From positions 12,586,001-12,650,000 of the forward strand of contig NW_026262581.1 of NCBI RefSeq assembly GCF_021869535.1: 64,000 bases of DNA. Direction: 5' to 3'. This DNA is from Mytilus californianus (taxonomy: Eukaryota). The position numbers and the translations under genes were made by a program. Shown piece by piece: positions 24,554 through 39,126 of this stretch. Numbering within the stretch: position 1 is the stretch's first letter; each line of letters begins with the position of its first letter. The notes under the pieces were generated by a model that was not told the origin of the DNA, made no database searches, and saw nothing but the letters and a program-made list of their open reading frames with translations.

Positions 24554-25345
24554 ACAAATACCTTTGCACCTTTTGTTTGCGGTATACCATCTTCTCCGCA
24601 AGTTTATTTTTTCTGTTTAGTTTAGTATTAAATTTATAATTAAGATCCATTTATTACATCGGTGATCCGTTTATTTGGCAATCGCCGATGGCAGTCAGTA
24701 AGAACATTTGTTGTTCGACCTGTTAGTCAAATGCGTTATGTTAAAATATACTTTTTCACTATTTTGGTCTTTTGGAAAATGTTGTTTGTGACCATCGAGT
24801 AACTGGCAAATAAATATCATGCGAACATAAAGAGAAAGAGAGAGAGAGAGAAGATACCAAGGAGCAACCAAAAGTCATGTCATTTTAAAATAGACAACAC
24901 TGTGGATAAAGCAACACTACCCCGACAAAAAATCACTCAGTACAATAATATATAGAAAGGATAACAGGAATCATCTAATTTATATGACCACACCAACCAC
25001 CAACATCCGTTTAAAAAAAAAAAAATAATAAAACCAGACGCACAACCACACACTACAAACCAGTGAAAGTCTGAAATGGGCAGTATTTTAACTCGACTGT
25101 ACTGATTTTCACTCGAACATTCTGAATAGGTCTGAAATTTACTTAATATTATTCAATTTCAATCTTAACCATACTTATCTGTACATATCTGTACTTGACC
25201 CTTATCTTGACCATACTGTAAAGTCTTAACTCGTACTCGACCAGTCTGAAACAGTATTAACTCATTCTCGACCTGTACTTAATCAGTTCTTGGCCTGATT
25301 TCAATATCTTAACAATACTCGACCAACGGACTTTATGATCTGAAC

Positions 25346-25379
25346 CAGAGACATATATATACACATATATATGTCTCTG
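25346..25379. repeat. 34-bp foldback insertion flanked by a TCTGAAC direct repeat
   Basis: CAGAGACATATATAT-acac-ATATATATGTCTCTG; TCTGAAC at 25339-25345 and 25380-25386. Confidence 0.75.
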
Positions 25380-26155
25380 TCTGAACCATACTGGGTTATT
25401 ACATAATTATATGTGATCTTTTTATCGGACAAATCACGTTCTTATAGTGTACCTCTTGGTCAAATGTCTAGCCAAGGGAAACAAATCTTGTAAAATAAAA
25501 GACTATAAAAAGAAGAAATAAGAGATGTAGATTAAGAATAGGTCAAGGATTGTTAAGGCTTGGTCGAGTATGGTTCAGACTTGGTCGAGTATGATTGTAC
25601 ATACTACAATGTCATAATGAACAAAAGATGTTACAATGAGACATGGAACGTTTTTCATTGTAGTAACAATATCATGATGAAATGGTGTTCAATAATTGTG
25701 CTTACAGTTATCTCCCCTAAAACTAACCTAACTCCCCTGAAAGCGGCGTCAATTACAAGCGTTAATTTCAGCATTTCCTAATTTGCAGTTCATTTTGGGG
25801 TTCAATAAGGTTGTCTAAGTAGTAGGGGAAAAATCTTAATATGCAAAACTTTCAGTCTAAAACCTTTGCTGTGAAATTCTAAATAACTTTAGTTACGTCT
25901 TTTTAAATAGAGAATGTATTATACTAGTACATCAAATCATTGAAAATACAGATATCCCTTGGTGACTGTTTTTTTTAGATACAAGCATCTAAACCCTTTT
26001 ATTCTTCTTGCATTTTTATATGAAATTTATATGAAGAAATGAATTACTGAAAAATATAAAAGAAATAACAAAATTATGAAAACGTTTTGCAAAGTATATT
26101 TGATGTGTGAAATATAAGGATTGCTGGCAATTTACAAAGTACAAAATATCCTTAA

Positions 26156-26842
26156 AGGGGCATTAGCTGTCAAATTCATGTTCACCGATTTGACTCATAT
26201 TTGATTTATAACATACTAAAACGTATATCTAAATCATAAAAAAAGTCTAAAACAAACAGTTTACAATGCATGGGCTCGGTAATATGTATTAGTATTTCGT
26301 GTGTATTTTAGTCTAGACGCCATCTAATTAACCATCGATGCGACTTCCGAAGACTGCCGATGGTAATATAACCCGATATAAACATATAGATATAAATAGA
26401 TAGCGAAATTCGTGCAATTGGATTTTTCTAGATCTGTTTGATTTCATATTATAGGTTAAAAATATATGTTAATCATCATTTTTACCTGTATAAGAATGAG
26501 TTTTTGTGGATCGAATCAAGTCAATCAAATGGTTTACACTTGTTTCACTTTCAATGTTGACATTTTCTTTTCCTTTTAATAACTGAACACGCCTAATTCA
26601 TGTGTAACCCATCTCTGGCTAAGGGGTTAAATTGAAGGTCACATGAATACGGATTCAATGAGGTCAAATTATTCACTTGCAAGTGAATAATTCATCAGCA
26701 ATATTTCTTAGCTTATTTTGACAAAATTGAACCAATCTGGCTGCTAAAAGCGAATTATCATTTCACTATTTCACTTTCATTAATGATTGAACAAATAAAA
26801 TAATATTTTAATTTTTTTTTATATCTCGTAGCTAATGCCCCT
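26156..26842 (+). mobile_element. Non-autonomous TIR DNA transposon (Kolobok-like), 687 bp, intact
   Basis: 13-bp TIR AGGGGCATTAGCT/AGCTAATGCCCCT; TTAA on both flanks; purine-purine termini fit the Kolobok superfamily. Confidence 0.8.
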
Positions 26843-29725
26843 TTAAGCATACCTGATGAAATATTTTTGTAAATTCATTATTAGTTGGAAGTCTGAGCAG
26901 GATGAGTATTCACAAGCACACATTTCAATATCATCTTTTTACTGTAATGGTAAAAATTTACAAGTTAAGTGATGTTGTGTTTGTGGATTTTGTTTGTTTT
27001 TTTCATGATATTTTGGCATTGTAAGGTTAATTATTCCTCGACTTAGTATAATCTAATGTCTCCTTTGGTGTCTTCTGCCTCTTTTTAAGACTCATCTACT
27101 GTTTTCTGGGTCCAAATTTAGGGCAGTGGGCTACTGAGCCCTATTAATTTATTCAAAAATTATTTTTTTTACTCTTTATCATTTTTGAAACAAACATCTG
27201 GGAAAATGTCAATTCTTTATTGAAATAATAATTATCAAACAATTATTTCCTTTTCAAAAATAGAAAAATGCGACAAATTTATGCCATCAATAATACTCTT
27301 CACTTGTTTGGGAAAGTAAATAAACAATAATTTTCTACCATTTAAATTTATTAATCAATGAAATTTATATACACTGATATGATAAAATAATAAAAATATT
27401 AATAGATGGTTGTTAAATAGTATATACATGGTCAACATGCTGAAAATCGTATTTACATATTCAATGATAAAACTGCGTAATGGTGAAACTTAACATGATT
27501 TATAGAACAAACAGGAATTTTCTTAAAAATCTAATCATTTTTGTAAATACTCCATTTTCATTATTGAAATTTCTTACCTTTCACAACATTTTAACATATC
27601 CATTACATCATATCACCAATTCTAATAATATTACAAATATTTGTTTTAAAAGAACATATCAGTATAGAAATAAGGATATGTGGTGTGATGGCCAAGGAGA
27701 CAACTATCAAACAGAGGCCAACCGACTAGGATGTTAAAAAACTACAAGTTGCCCTAAGGCTTTCAACAATGAGCAAAACACATACCCTATAGTAATCTAT
27801 AAAAGTCCCCAGTTGATATCTCTGCTATAAGTCTATTTTTTTTACTATAACTCATAAATTTAAACATTGTATGATGTATCTTGAAGTTTGATATTTTCAA
27901 TTATTTCAGATATATATTTTTTAATTTCTCATGACCACGAAATAAATGAAATGAAGAAAACCATAAAAATGACAGATTGCAATTTCCTTACATGGCTCAT
28001 TTGTAATAAGTTTATGAAAAAGAGACATGTTACATGTTGAAATGTCAATTTCATTCTTTTAAATTTAAATGTATACATAAACAAAAAATAAAAAGAATTT
28101 CAAAAGCACTTTTATCTTTCCATACCACAGATAACAAGGAACAAATAAAAATTTAATAAAATAATAGGATGAAATGTCTATTAAAACCATCCTAGCAGTT
28201 CACGTAGTTGTAAGGTTATTCAAAGGTGCATAATTCAGTCAGGGAATGAAATAGCATTAATAATAGGCCTCACTGTGACTTTGTTGTAGAACAGCAATAA
28301 AGTGCTGTTCCTTAGCACTTTTGTTATGTGCGTAGTGCATTTTGTGTCAAACTGATACAACATATCCTTTCTCTTCCATTAATAATCCAGGCACTGGGCA
28401 GGCAGTCATAAAATATATTCAATTTGAAAATGGCAACAAAGTTACAAATTCTTACAATTTTTACTCATCAGTAACATATCATCATTCTTGGATTACATAC
28501 AAAAACATTTCTATAAACTCACACCACATATATCAATCCATTTGTTGTTTACATAGAGAAATGTCTATCCTAATTAACCTAAACTCTTCAGGATAAAAAT
28601 AAATGGAAAACTCTGATGCCAGTAATGACTTTATTCTTAACTCTAAAACATACTATGTTGGAAAAACCAGGCTTAACAAAACATGACATCTTCAGACATA
28701 TTGGATTCCCTTATCACAGAAGAACTCAATCAGCCATGATCACTAAGTATGTGTGTGTGTGTGTGATAAAATTCTCTTTTTCATATGATCCAAAATTTAA
28801 CTAAGCTCCTTCTTACAAACCAAAGCAATTACTGAAACATTTTTTACTTTCCAATAGATTTTCATCCCTTTTATCTATGACAGGTCAAATAATAATTCAT
28901 AAACATTGCAATATCTCTATCTTAAAACCAAATTAACCAAACAACAAAATTTCCTCACATCCATAAATTTGTAATCCAACAGGCATTGTGTTCAAAATCT
29001 AGAAAGACATTTAAATTTATCACTACAGTAAAATCTCTATCCGCATGTATATGTATTTACAGTACAAAACTATTTACAAAGTTACTGTGGAGATAGAATA
29101 TTAACAAAATCAATATCACTATAAAATCCATACCAATTCTGACTAAATTGATTCAAGTTTTCTTTTATGGACTTTGTACAAATGAATAGTTGATCTTTTT
29201 TTTGTCTATGAATTTTATACAAAAATGAAGGTGTGATGATCTTCTTTTTGAAAATAATAAATGAGCTTTAGTTGTGAAGTTTATGCATTTTTTACTAAAG
29301 ATATTCCAATGGCAAAAGTCCAATGGACTGTCGAAAAAATGCTTTTTCATAATATGATACAAAGAAAACAGTAAAACAAAATCGATCAAAATGTGATGTA
29401 CAAGCCAATTGTTTTTCTGAAAAAGAAGTCATATTGAAAAATGACCAATGTGTTCTTTTGGTAGTTGGTTTTTTGGATTAACATTTGCATAAATTGGACA
29501 AAAAATAAAAATGCACCACCATGCCTTTCAGCAAAAGAATGAAATTCAATTTTAAAATAAATTAAAAAAATAAATAAAATAGTCATAAAAACAATGATTT
29601 AAAATAAAGTTAAAAACACCATAATAACAAAACAGGAAAAATATAAGTAAAAATTTCTTCAAAGTACAAAATGTACCGTAATAAAATTGTATTTCATTTA
29701 TCATTCAATATGAAGATTATTCTAT

Positions 29726-29803
29726 TTAATCTAAACTCAAAGTTTTGTAATTTTTCCACAACCAGTTATGATAGTCATTCAGTTTATGGTCTCTAGGCTG
29801 TAC
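29726..29803 (-). CDS. MBD4: MBD4 exon 8, last coding exon with catalytic Asp
   Basis: [25 protein letters not shown]-stop; TTTTTAG acceptor. The D of RDHKL aligns with the human catalytic Asp in EDHKL. Confidence 0.95.
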   Translation of the reverse strand, partial: VQPRDHKLNDYHNWLWKNYKTLSLD

Positions 29804-32800
29804 CTAAAAAATAACAAAAATTAGAAATTTTAATGGCTAAGAAATACTTCAATAACATATAAAAGGATGAACCAGAACAACTTGTTTTTGTTTTTGGGGG
29901 AAGGGGAAAGGGAGTGGTGTGGCTTTTGTTTGTTTCATGCACTATTTACAAATTTCTATAATTTAAACCACATCTATAACTGTGTGTCCTAAGATCTCTG
30001 AAAGTTTATTTTCTGGAAATGTAACAAATAATTTTACTCTACCTTAATTATTTAATTGATATTTATATATTTTCGTTCTGACTGCAAAAACCTTTTGTAA
30101 TAATTTTCAATCTTGACTTTCTTAATTCACATCAAGTAGATTTTGAAATCATTTTCAAACATAATTTTTTTATTCTCAACAAGTAAATTTTGATGTTAAT
30201 ATGATGAAAAAAACTCAGATCAGCACAAATGTCAGACAGGAATCCAAAATTTTTGTTTCACTAAGGCAAAAATTTGAAGAAACTGAAAGAGGGGGCAACA
30301 CTTTATTGAATAGGCCATGAAATTGAAGAAATGTTTAAATAGTGCATTAAAACAATATAAACCACACACCTTTCCAACAAAATAAAATTGAAATTCCAAA
30401 TCACAATTTTCATTAGCATTTAAGTGCCAATCTGCCTAAGAATCAGGCAGAGGTGAAAACATGACAAACAAAAACCCACTCAAGTTGACATTAATTTATG
30501 TTCAGAATGTATAATGGTGCACGTATATAACATGCGTTTCCTTTACCTGTTCTGGTAATTCAAGATATAATATGGTTAAATGCACTAGAAATTAACAATT
30601 AAGGGGAGCTAACTCCGTAATTTGCTATCATTCTTACCCAAAGTTATCTAGAGATTTCTTAAGTTACCAGACACGCAGAAATGAAAGACCTACCATTTCT
30701 AACTCAAGGTGAGGGTAACTTCAAAATAGGATGGTTAGGTCGGTGGGTTTTTTTTTTCTGCCATGTTTTGAATTTTTTCAAAATTGCCTGATGCTTACAA
30801 AGACTGGCACTAAAATATGTATATATTTGTGAATAATCAACAACTTGCAATAATTCTTTTGCCATTTATTTTTTGGTGCCGTGCTGCGAAACTTTTTATT
30901 TCATTATACAATCATGTTTATTCCAAAAGAGAAAAAGAGGCAAAATAGAAACAGCTTATGGTTTAATTTCTAAACATTATAGATGTTTCCTGTTTTATAT
31001 TGATTATGACCTGGATATCTTAATTGATGACCTTCTTAACCAATTACATACAACATTTTATCAGACTATTGACTGACTGTAAAGGCATACCACTTTTAGT
31101 AAAGAAATACCAGTTTTAGCAAATGAATCTGAGTTTTAGGAAAGAATTACCAGTTTTAGAAAAGAAATACCAGTTTTAGTAAAAAAATACCAGTTTAAGT
31201 AAAGAAATACCAGTTTTAGTAAAGATACCAATTTAGTAAAGATATAGCAGTATTAGTAGAAATACCAGTTTTAGTAAAGAAATACCAGTTTTAAACAATT
31301 TACCTGCTTCCATTCTTTAACACAAAATATTCTATAAGAATCATTTCCATACTTCCCAATACCATGTAACTCCTCTGGATACTTCCAGTCTTTACATAAA
31401 TACTCATCTAGAAATGTATATGAGAATGTGTTGAATGACTTCACATTACTAAAGTATTAAAGTGCTAAAAATGTAAATGTTTTTTCTTGGAATCTTTATG
31501 TTAGAAGCGTAATAATTTTACATTACATGGTATATTCCTATGCTTTATCGACCCAGATTAACAAGATCAACCATCAAGCTTTCATTTTACACAGCTAAGG
31601 TGATAAATAACATTGCAAATAGGCATTCAAAACAATAGTATGGTAGAGAATATGTAAATATGTGCTTTAAATTCTGAACAAGACCCAAAGTGGGTATGGA
31701 CCTGCATTGCTGCATGCAATTGATTGAGGTAACATGTATACCGGAGCATAACTAATCATTTCCAGACCAAATATTAAAATCATTCACTTCAATTGGAGCC
31801 AGGAAGAATTTGACGAAAAGTTTCCATGTACAATATTAATGAGTGTGTTGTAAAATTTCAACATATCAGCAATCAAATTGACTACTCGCTACAAAACAAC
31901 ATTATCAAGTTGCAGACCAAATATTAAATCATTCCCTTACATAGAAGCCAAGAAAACAATGATGAAAGTTTTTTATCGAAAGGACAGACAAACGTACGGA
32001 CGGAGTCAAGTGGTTCCGACTTACTTAACCTGCCTCCGCCTTTGGTGATGCAGGTAAACATAATTATCGTACATACTACTGTGGAAATTATACCTGGGAT
32101 ACTTATATTTGGGGATTGTGTTGGTAAAGGTGAACCAAGAATTCAAGTGTTAAACAAAAAAGTTTTCCAATAGACTACATGTAGAATTTGTATTAAACAA
32201 GTATCCATGTACTGTGGATTCATTATTATTCCTTGTATACCAATTTACGTTGATTTGTAGGTACAGATGTACCACAAACTTAAATGTTCAACGAATTGCA
32301 TATTTTCTATAGGTTTGTATGCAGACTTTGGCAAAACCATGAAATCAAATATCCACGAAAATACAGGCATTCCTCAATCCACGAAAATTGGTAGCCACGA
32401 AAATAAATGAATCCACAGTAAATACAATGTTTTTCTCAACCTGCAATAATGGGTAACAACAAAACATAAAGCAATCCACAGTATATAAATTAGATAATTA
32501 TCATACTGGTTATATTATATAAATGAGGATATTATATGAAATACTACTTAAATCATCAATATTTGATTTTACACTGTAAATATACTAATTTTTGTGGGAT
32601 CCAACTTTCATTGTTTTGTCTGTAACAGCATGTAATGCTATTATTTATTTTCACTGTTTTACAATACTTCTACATGTACTCTTATTGTTATTACAGATTT
32701 TTATTAAATCTGTATTGGTACACTGCAATAAGTTTTTATTACTGTTAACAGTATTTTAATAATACTTTAACTTGAGCAGAGCAAAGGAAAACGATATCTG

Positions 32801-35800
32801 GTGAAATTGGAGATAAAAAAACGCTGATGATAATAATTTCAATGAAACAGGAGGACTGAAAATAAATATTGACTGCCTTGATATTGTGAGACTGAACTTT
32901 GAAATAATGATTCTTTTGAACTGTTAGACTGGAAGATGAAATTAGTAATTGCCACTTAATTTTAATACTAGAAAATAACAAACTGATTGCTATAAGATAG
33001 CTCGAATGATGACAGTGGTTGCCAATACATTTGAAAATTCAAATCTCATTACAAGAAGGGATTATTGGAATATTGAATTTGAATTCTTGAAAATTGATAA
33101 AAAATGTATGATGAAAACTAACCCACTTTTAGTGGGCATGGCTAAGGTTCAAGTTACTTTTACTGATATTTCAGTATGAACTAACTAACCCCCCTTAGCC
33201 ATGCATGCATTATTCCAGATTCAGATAATTCCTTGTTTTACATTTAAAATTCTATGACATGTATAGACCAGAAATTTCTTCAACATGTATCTTACTGATA
33301 AATCCAAGAAGTTCATATTTGCAATCTTAAATATTATAAAATTTCTATGTATCACTTTAAAATTTTTAAAAATTAATACAAATAAAATCTGAAGCTAAAT
33401 TTACCAATATTTGTCCATTTGTCTTTAGCATGTCATGAAATGGGGATGAAATCAAATTTCATTCTTCTTTATGGAAAAAAAATATATACAATGATGTTTT
33501 AGTACCTGAAAACCTGATTATGATTTGAGCCCTTTTATTATGCAGACCAAGTGGTGTCAGAAGTTTAGCTACTGCTGCTGGGTCAGCTCTCCTTGCTTCA
33601 TCAGGGTTTGACCATTTGTTGAAGAACTTCCATAATAAAGGAATAGCTGCCGTGCCTGAAATATTCAATCATATCTAATAAGTGTACCATATTGTCATAT
33701 CAATTATATGCAATAACAATTTAAAAATTTCAACTTTTAAAGCATAGTGTCTAAATTAAATAAAACTGCATTATGTTAGAATCTTATTAAAGGCTTTATT
33801 TTGACTATACATTGTATCATGCTTTTAAAATAACAACAGATATCTATTGGAAACAAATTTTTAATCTAAATACCAAGACTTACCAGATTTATGATAGGCC
33901 AATGATATTACATTAGCACTGTATATCATTATGTCTCATTTTATCCCATCCATTAGACATGGTTTCTTGAAAAACATTTTTGTATTGTTTGAATGTTTAA
34001 GTTTGTGGCCTGGAGGCAATAAATTTTAACAATCAGCTGACTTGATAATCTGAAAAGCTCAGAGTTGTACCTTGTATCTGTTGAGTTTTGAAAGCAAATC
34101 TATGATGACATTTATGTGCCAAAGTCATTCGTTTTTTGCCAAAATTAAAATATTCTTTCAATACTGTGAACATAAAAAAAGAAACAAAAACAGAAATCGT
34201 TGAGGACAATCTGAATGAAGTAATGGAAAGATGCTTAGTAATCTTTTTAGACATACAAATAAATAAAATACCTGTAGTTCTATTAAGAAATATGGTCCCT
34301 ATAAGAAGTTTCCACGGATCATGATAAAGGCTCTCTTGTACCAAGTTAAATGGAGATTTTGGTGGTGTCCATTTAACATCTCGATGTAATTCTGGTCTTG
34401 GCATAAACCTGCCACTTGCAAAGTATTTACTCATGATTTCATCGTTTTCAGTTGGCTTAAATTCTGCTTCCTGTTCTATAATGAAGAAGGTTAATGTTTT
34501 TCTTTTAGTTACATGTAACACAAAAAGTCCATACAATATTTATCCCAACTATTTCAATTGATTTGCATTTTTCATTAGATTTAAAATTCTCTGAATTATT
34601 ATTAAATGCAGATTCCAGTCTTTTTGGCTTATTAATTGATACATGGGTTGTTATAAATTAAGGACTTTAACTCTTGAAAGAGAAAGACTTATCTGAAAAT
34701 CATTAAATTAGAAAGGTTTCTATGTTCTGTGAAATACAAAATATGGCCTATGGGTCTTAATGAAAATGTGTAAATAACAAGCATTCTGAGAGTATTGCAT
34801 GGCAATACATAGTCCCCTACCGGATAAAAATTCATTATACTGGAACAAAATGCTAACTTGTTCTATAACTTGTCATGGTGTAAACAAAAAGTAAATATCA
34901 TGTCAATATCTTCAAGCATGACTGAAAACAGTGTGGAAAACTGATTATATACATGAATTTTTCAAGTCCAAGGACCATAACTCTGCACAAAATTATTAGA
35001 CCGAAACAAAACTTTGAACTTGATCTGTAACTTTTCATGATAAAACTATATATATACCAATTATCAATCAATATCTTATAAGCATGAATTTAAAAAATTA
35101 GATATGATGTAATACAGTGTATATCTATTTTCAAATTATAATCAAATATAATTAATAGTTTCAAATATTTTTTTTCTTTCATTTGTCACAAACTAATATA
35201 GATTTGTAACTTATCTATAAAATGTCAACAACTTTTATCTACACAATGTAATGTATTGAAATATATACATTAATAAAAATAGATTATTATCTAATTAAAG
35301 GATTTCTCTTCATAATTTTTTTTTATATATATATAGCATTCAGAAAATTAGTTTATACTAAATAACAAACAAAACTGCCAAAAAATTCTTCAAATAATTT
35401 AACAAAGAAGGTCTTTTTAAAAATGAGTTATCTCCCTTTGTACAGAAATATGGTTTAACATAGTACTCTAACATTAGATATGGTCCAGAGTTATGGTCCA
35501 TAACTCTGGACTAAATCATCAGACCGGAACAAAATTCGAATTTGATCTATAACTTGTCATGATAAAACTATATACCAAATATCAAATCAATATCTTCAAG
35601 AACGAAGAAAAAAAGTGAGGAAAGCTGATTTGCCGGACTGACGGATGGACAGACGGACGGATGGAGTGTAAACCTATAGTCCCCTTCGACTTCGTCAGTA
35701 GGGGACTAATAAAGTAATGACAAGATCTCAAATGCAGGCTTTCCTTAAATGCAAGAAATTTGAAGACCTAAACTATATACGGGTATATGCAAGATAGCAA

Positions 35801-38800
35801 TATAAACAATCAATACTCATAACTACTGTCTAGTGAACACCAAAAGAATGTTTTTTGATAGATCCATAATACTTTTTCATATTCAAATTAAAGCGATTAG
35901 AATAGTGATATTATCATATCTTCTTTTTATTGTCAATATCTAATGTACATGATGTATGTAAAATTAAAATTGAGAATGGAAATGGGGAATGTGTCAAAGA
36001 GACAACAACCCGACCATAGAACAGACAACAGCAGAAGGTCACTAACAGGTCTTCAATGCAGCGAGAAATTCCCGCACCCGGAGGCGTCCTTCAGCTGGCC
36101 CCTAAACAAATATATATACTAGTTCAGTGATAATGAACGCCATACTAAACTCCAAATTGTACACAAGAAACTAAAATTAAAAATAATACAAGACTAACAA
36201 AGGCTAGAGGTAAATGACTTCTTCAAATGAATAAAGTACATATATATGAGGGTCTAGATGGGGTTTACAGAATAAAGAATAATGGGCAAAATGTGCAGGA
36301 TAAAGGGCAAAAAATATACAGAATAGAGAAAATGGAAAAAAAAGAATAGAGAATAATGGGGTGCTAAAATATAAAGAATAGAGAATAATGTGCAAAAAAT
36401 ATAAAGAATAGGGAAAAAATGGCCTAAAAATTAAAGAATACATAAATGAAGGACCCCCATCCAGAGCCTCATATATACACTTTTGTTTACATCTTTATCC
36501 ATTGGTCTGTAATGGATAGTTGCCTCATCACCACATATATAAATATTGTGATTCTTGAGTAAAAAATCCTTTTTCAGAGGATGCCCTTTCTTTTTTCCAT
36601 TATATATATGCGGGAAAACCAAAATAATATTTCTACACCTCTAAAATGATTTTAATTCAAAGGCAATTTGTTCTATAAAAATATAATCAGACTATTTTAC
36701 AAGATTGTTTACCTGTGCTATTATCTTCTTCAACATTTGTCTCCTCTTCTGGTTTAGTTGCTGATTCAGTTGCTGCTGGTTGTGGGCTTTTAATTGGCGA
36801 TTTATGTGATGAAAATGATGATGATGTTGACGATGAACTGGCAATACCATTATCTTTAGGACTAGTTGCATTGCTCAATTTGCTGGACAACAGTGATTTT
36901 TTAAAAGGAGAAACTTTCAATAATTTCTCATTTTCTCTTTCTACATTTTGAATGGAAAGTTTAAAATTCCTAGGTGAAGATTCATTAGCACTTGTTTTGT
37001 CTGAACTTTTCCTTCTTTTAGAAGGCGAAGAGTTTGCTGAAGTTTCTGAATTAGCAGTTTGTGAAATAACAGGTTGTGAAATAGCAGTTTCTGAATTAAC
37101 AGTTTCATTCTTTTCCTTAATTACTGTCATTTTGTTTGAAACAATTGAACTTGAAGAGTCATTTTCTTCTTTTGACCTACTTTTCCGCCGACTTCTAGGT
37201 GCTGGCGGTGTTATAAAATCATCACCAAAAATATTGTCTCTAGAAGTTGTCCTTCTTCTTGCCCTCCCGGACGGTGAATGAATGACTGTTTCGGGTACCA
37301 CATTAACATCTGGTTCTTTAGATCTACTTCTTTGTATTTTTTTCTTTGTCTCTGTAATATTTATAGCACTAGAACCAGAGTTTTTCCTTTTAGACGTTTT
37401 GTCATCACTTGTATCACTATTGTCAACAATACCCGAATCAGATGAAAGTCCGTTCAATAGATCGAATACATTAGAACTATGAGATCCTTCCTCCCCATTT
37501 GATACACCTTTTTCATCCTCAGTGTCATTTGACCTATCTTCACTGTCCGATGTTTCATTTTCTTCATCCATCAGTTCTTCACTTTCATTATTAATCTTTT
37601 TTGTTGGACTTGATTTTTTCTTTACTGGCTGCTTTGGAGACTTCAGCTTTGATCCTTTTTTCATAGCTTTTGAATTCTTAGATTTATTTGATGCTCGCTC
37701 TTTAGATCCAGAAAAAGCCATTTTTATGACAAGTTTTTGAGATAAAGATTTACCTGAATTTATTGGTTTCTTTTGAGGGGAAGTAGAGGCTTTTTTATCC
37801 TCATCACTTTCTATTTTTTTCTTAGGAGTTTGTTTTTTCTCCTTTTCTTTAACCTTCTTTTTCTTTTCTTGAGATTTTGGAGTTGCTTTTGTCTTTTGAA
37901 TTTTGGGAGTTTTTACAGGCTTTTCATGCTCTACAGCTGTTGATTTCCGTTTACGGTTCACACCACCTTGATTTGCACTATGATGTTTGCCACGCACTGT
38001 GAAATCAAAATCTTCAGCGATTAAGTCTTTTATATTACTATCTCTGAAGTATACAGCCAACTCTGTCTTTGAACGAAATTTTTTTCCATTTGGACTGCAA
38101 ATAAAATATTGATCATGATTATAGATACAGAGCTGATGATGTTTCTTTCCTTTGGAGCTGATGATAAGACTTTTAACTAATAGGACAAATCTTTGTAAAT
38201 AATGTAAGTGTAAGACATAATAGTGTCCTGTGAAAAAGTGTCAACCTGGACAGTTTTTCACAGAATTAAAGTATTAAATAATGTCCATTGTCATGCAATT
38301 TTGTCTCTTAAGTTGACAGAATGTTACAGCAATGGTTATGAAATAATATCCTCCCACAGAACAATATTTCATAGCAATTTTTATTAAATTATGTCCTTCA
38401 AGGGAAGGATTACAAAGGTCATCAAAATGTTATATTATAATTGAATTTTAATTAATTAAGAAAGATGTATTAGAAATAGATAAATTTAAACATAAATTAA
38501 AGAACCTTAGTGAGCGCGCTCACATACCCCACGTCCCCACATTGTCATTGGAGAAATAAAATAAGTGTAAGAAAAAAAAATTGTATCAGAAAAAAAAATT
38601 GAATCATAATTTCCTGTCAATATGCACATCTACATAGTATGTCCTTATTATCTACACAGTTTCATGAAATTCTGTTGTGTGGTTTGAGAGGAGTTGCGAT
38701 GACAAAAGGTTGCAATAGTATATTGGGCAAATAAGTTCAAAGGGGCGTAACTCCTGGAAAAAAAATTGAATCGTAATTTCCTGTCGATATGCACATCTAC

Positions 38801-39072
38801 GTAGTATTTCCTTATTATCTGAAAGGTTTCATGAGATTCTGTTGTGTGGTTTGAGAGGAGTTGCGATGACAAACTGTTGCAGTAGTACATTAAAGTAAAT
38901 AAGTTCAAAGGGGCGTAACTCCTAGAAAAAGAATTGAATCGTAATTTCCTGTCGATATGCACAACTACATAGTATGTCCTTATTATCTAAAAAGGTTTCG
39001 TGAAATTCTGTTGTGTGGTTTGAGAGGAGTTGTGATGACAAGAAACAGGACTGACGGACTGATGGACTGACG

Positions 39073-39126
<54 letters not shown>

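Noticed and set aside
36715-37740. Plus-strand ORFs 36715-36951, 36952-37281, 37282-37482, 37522-37740 (also 43485-43685, 15754-15972)
   Set aside because: Antisense shadows of real low-complexity coding exons.
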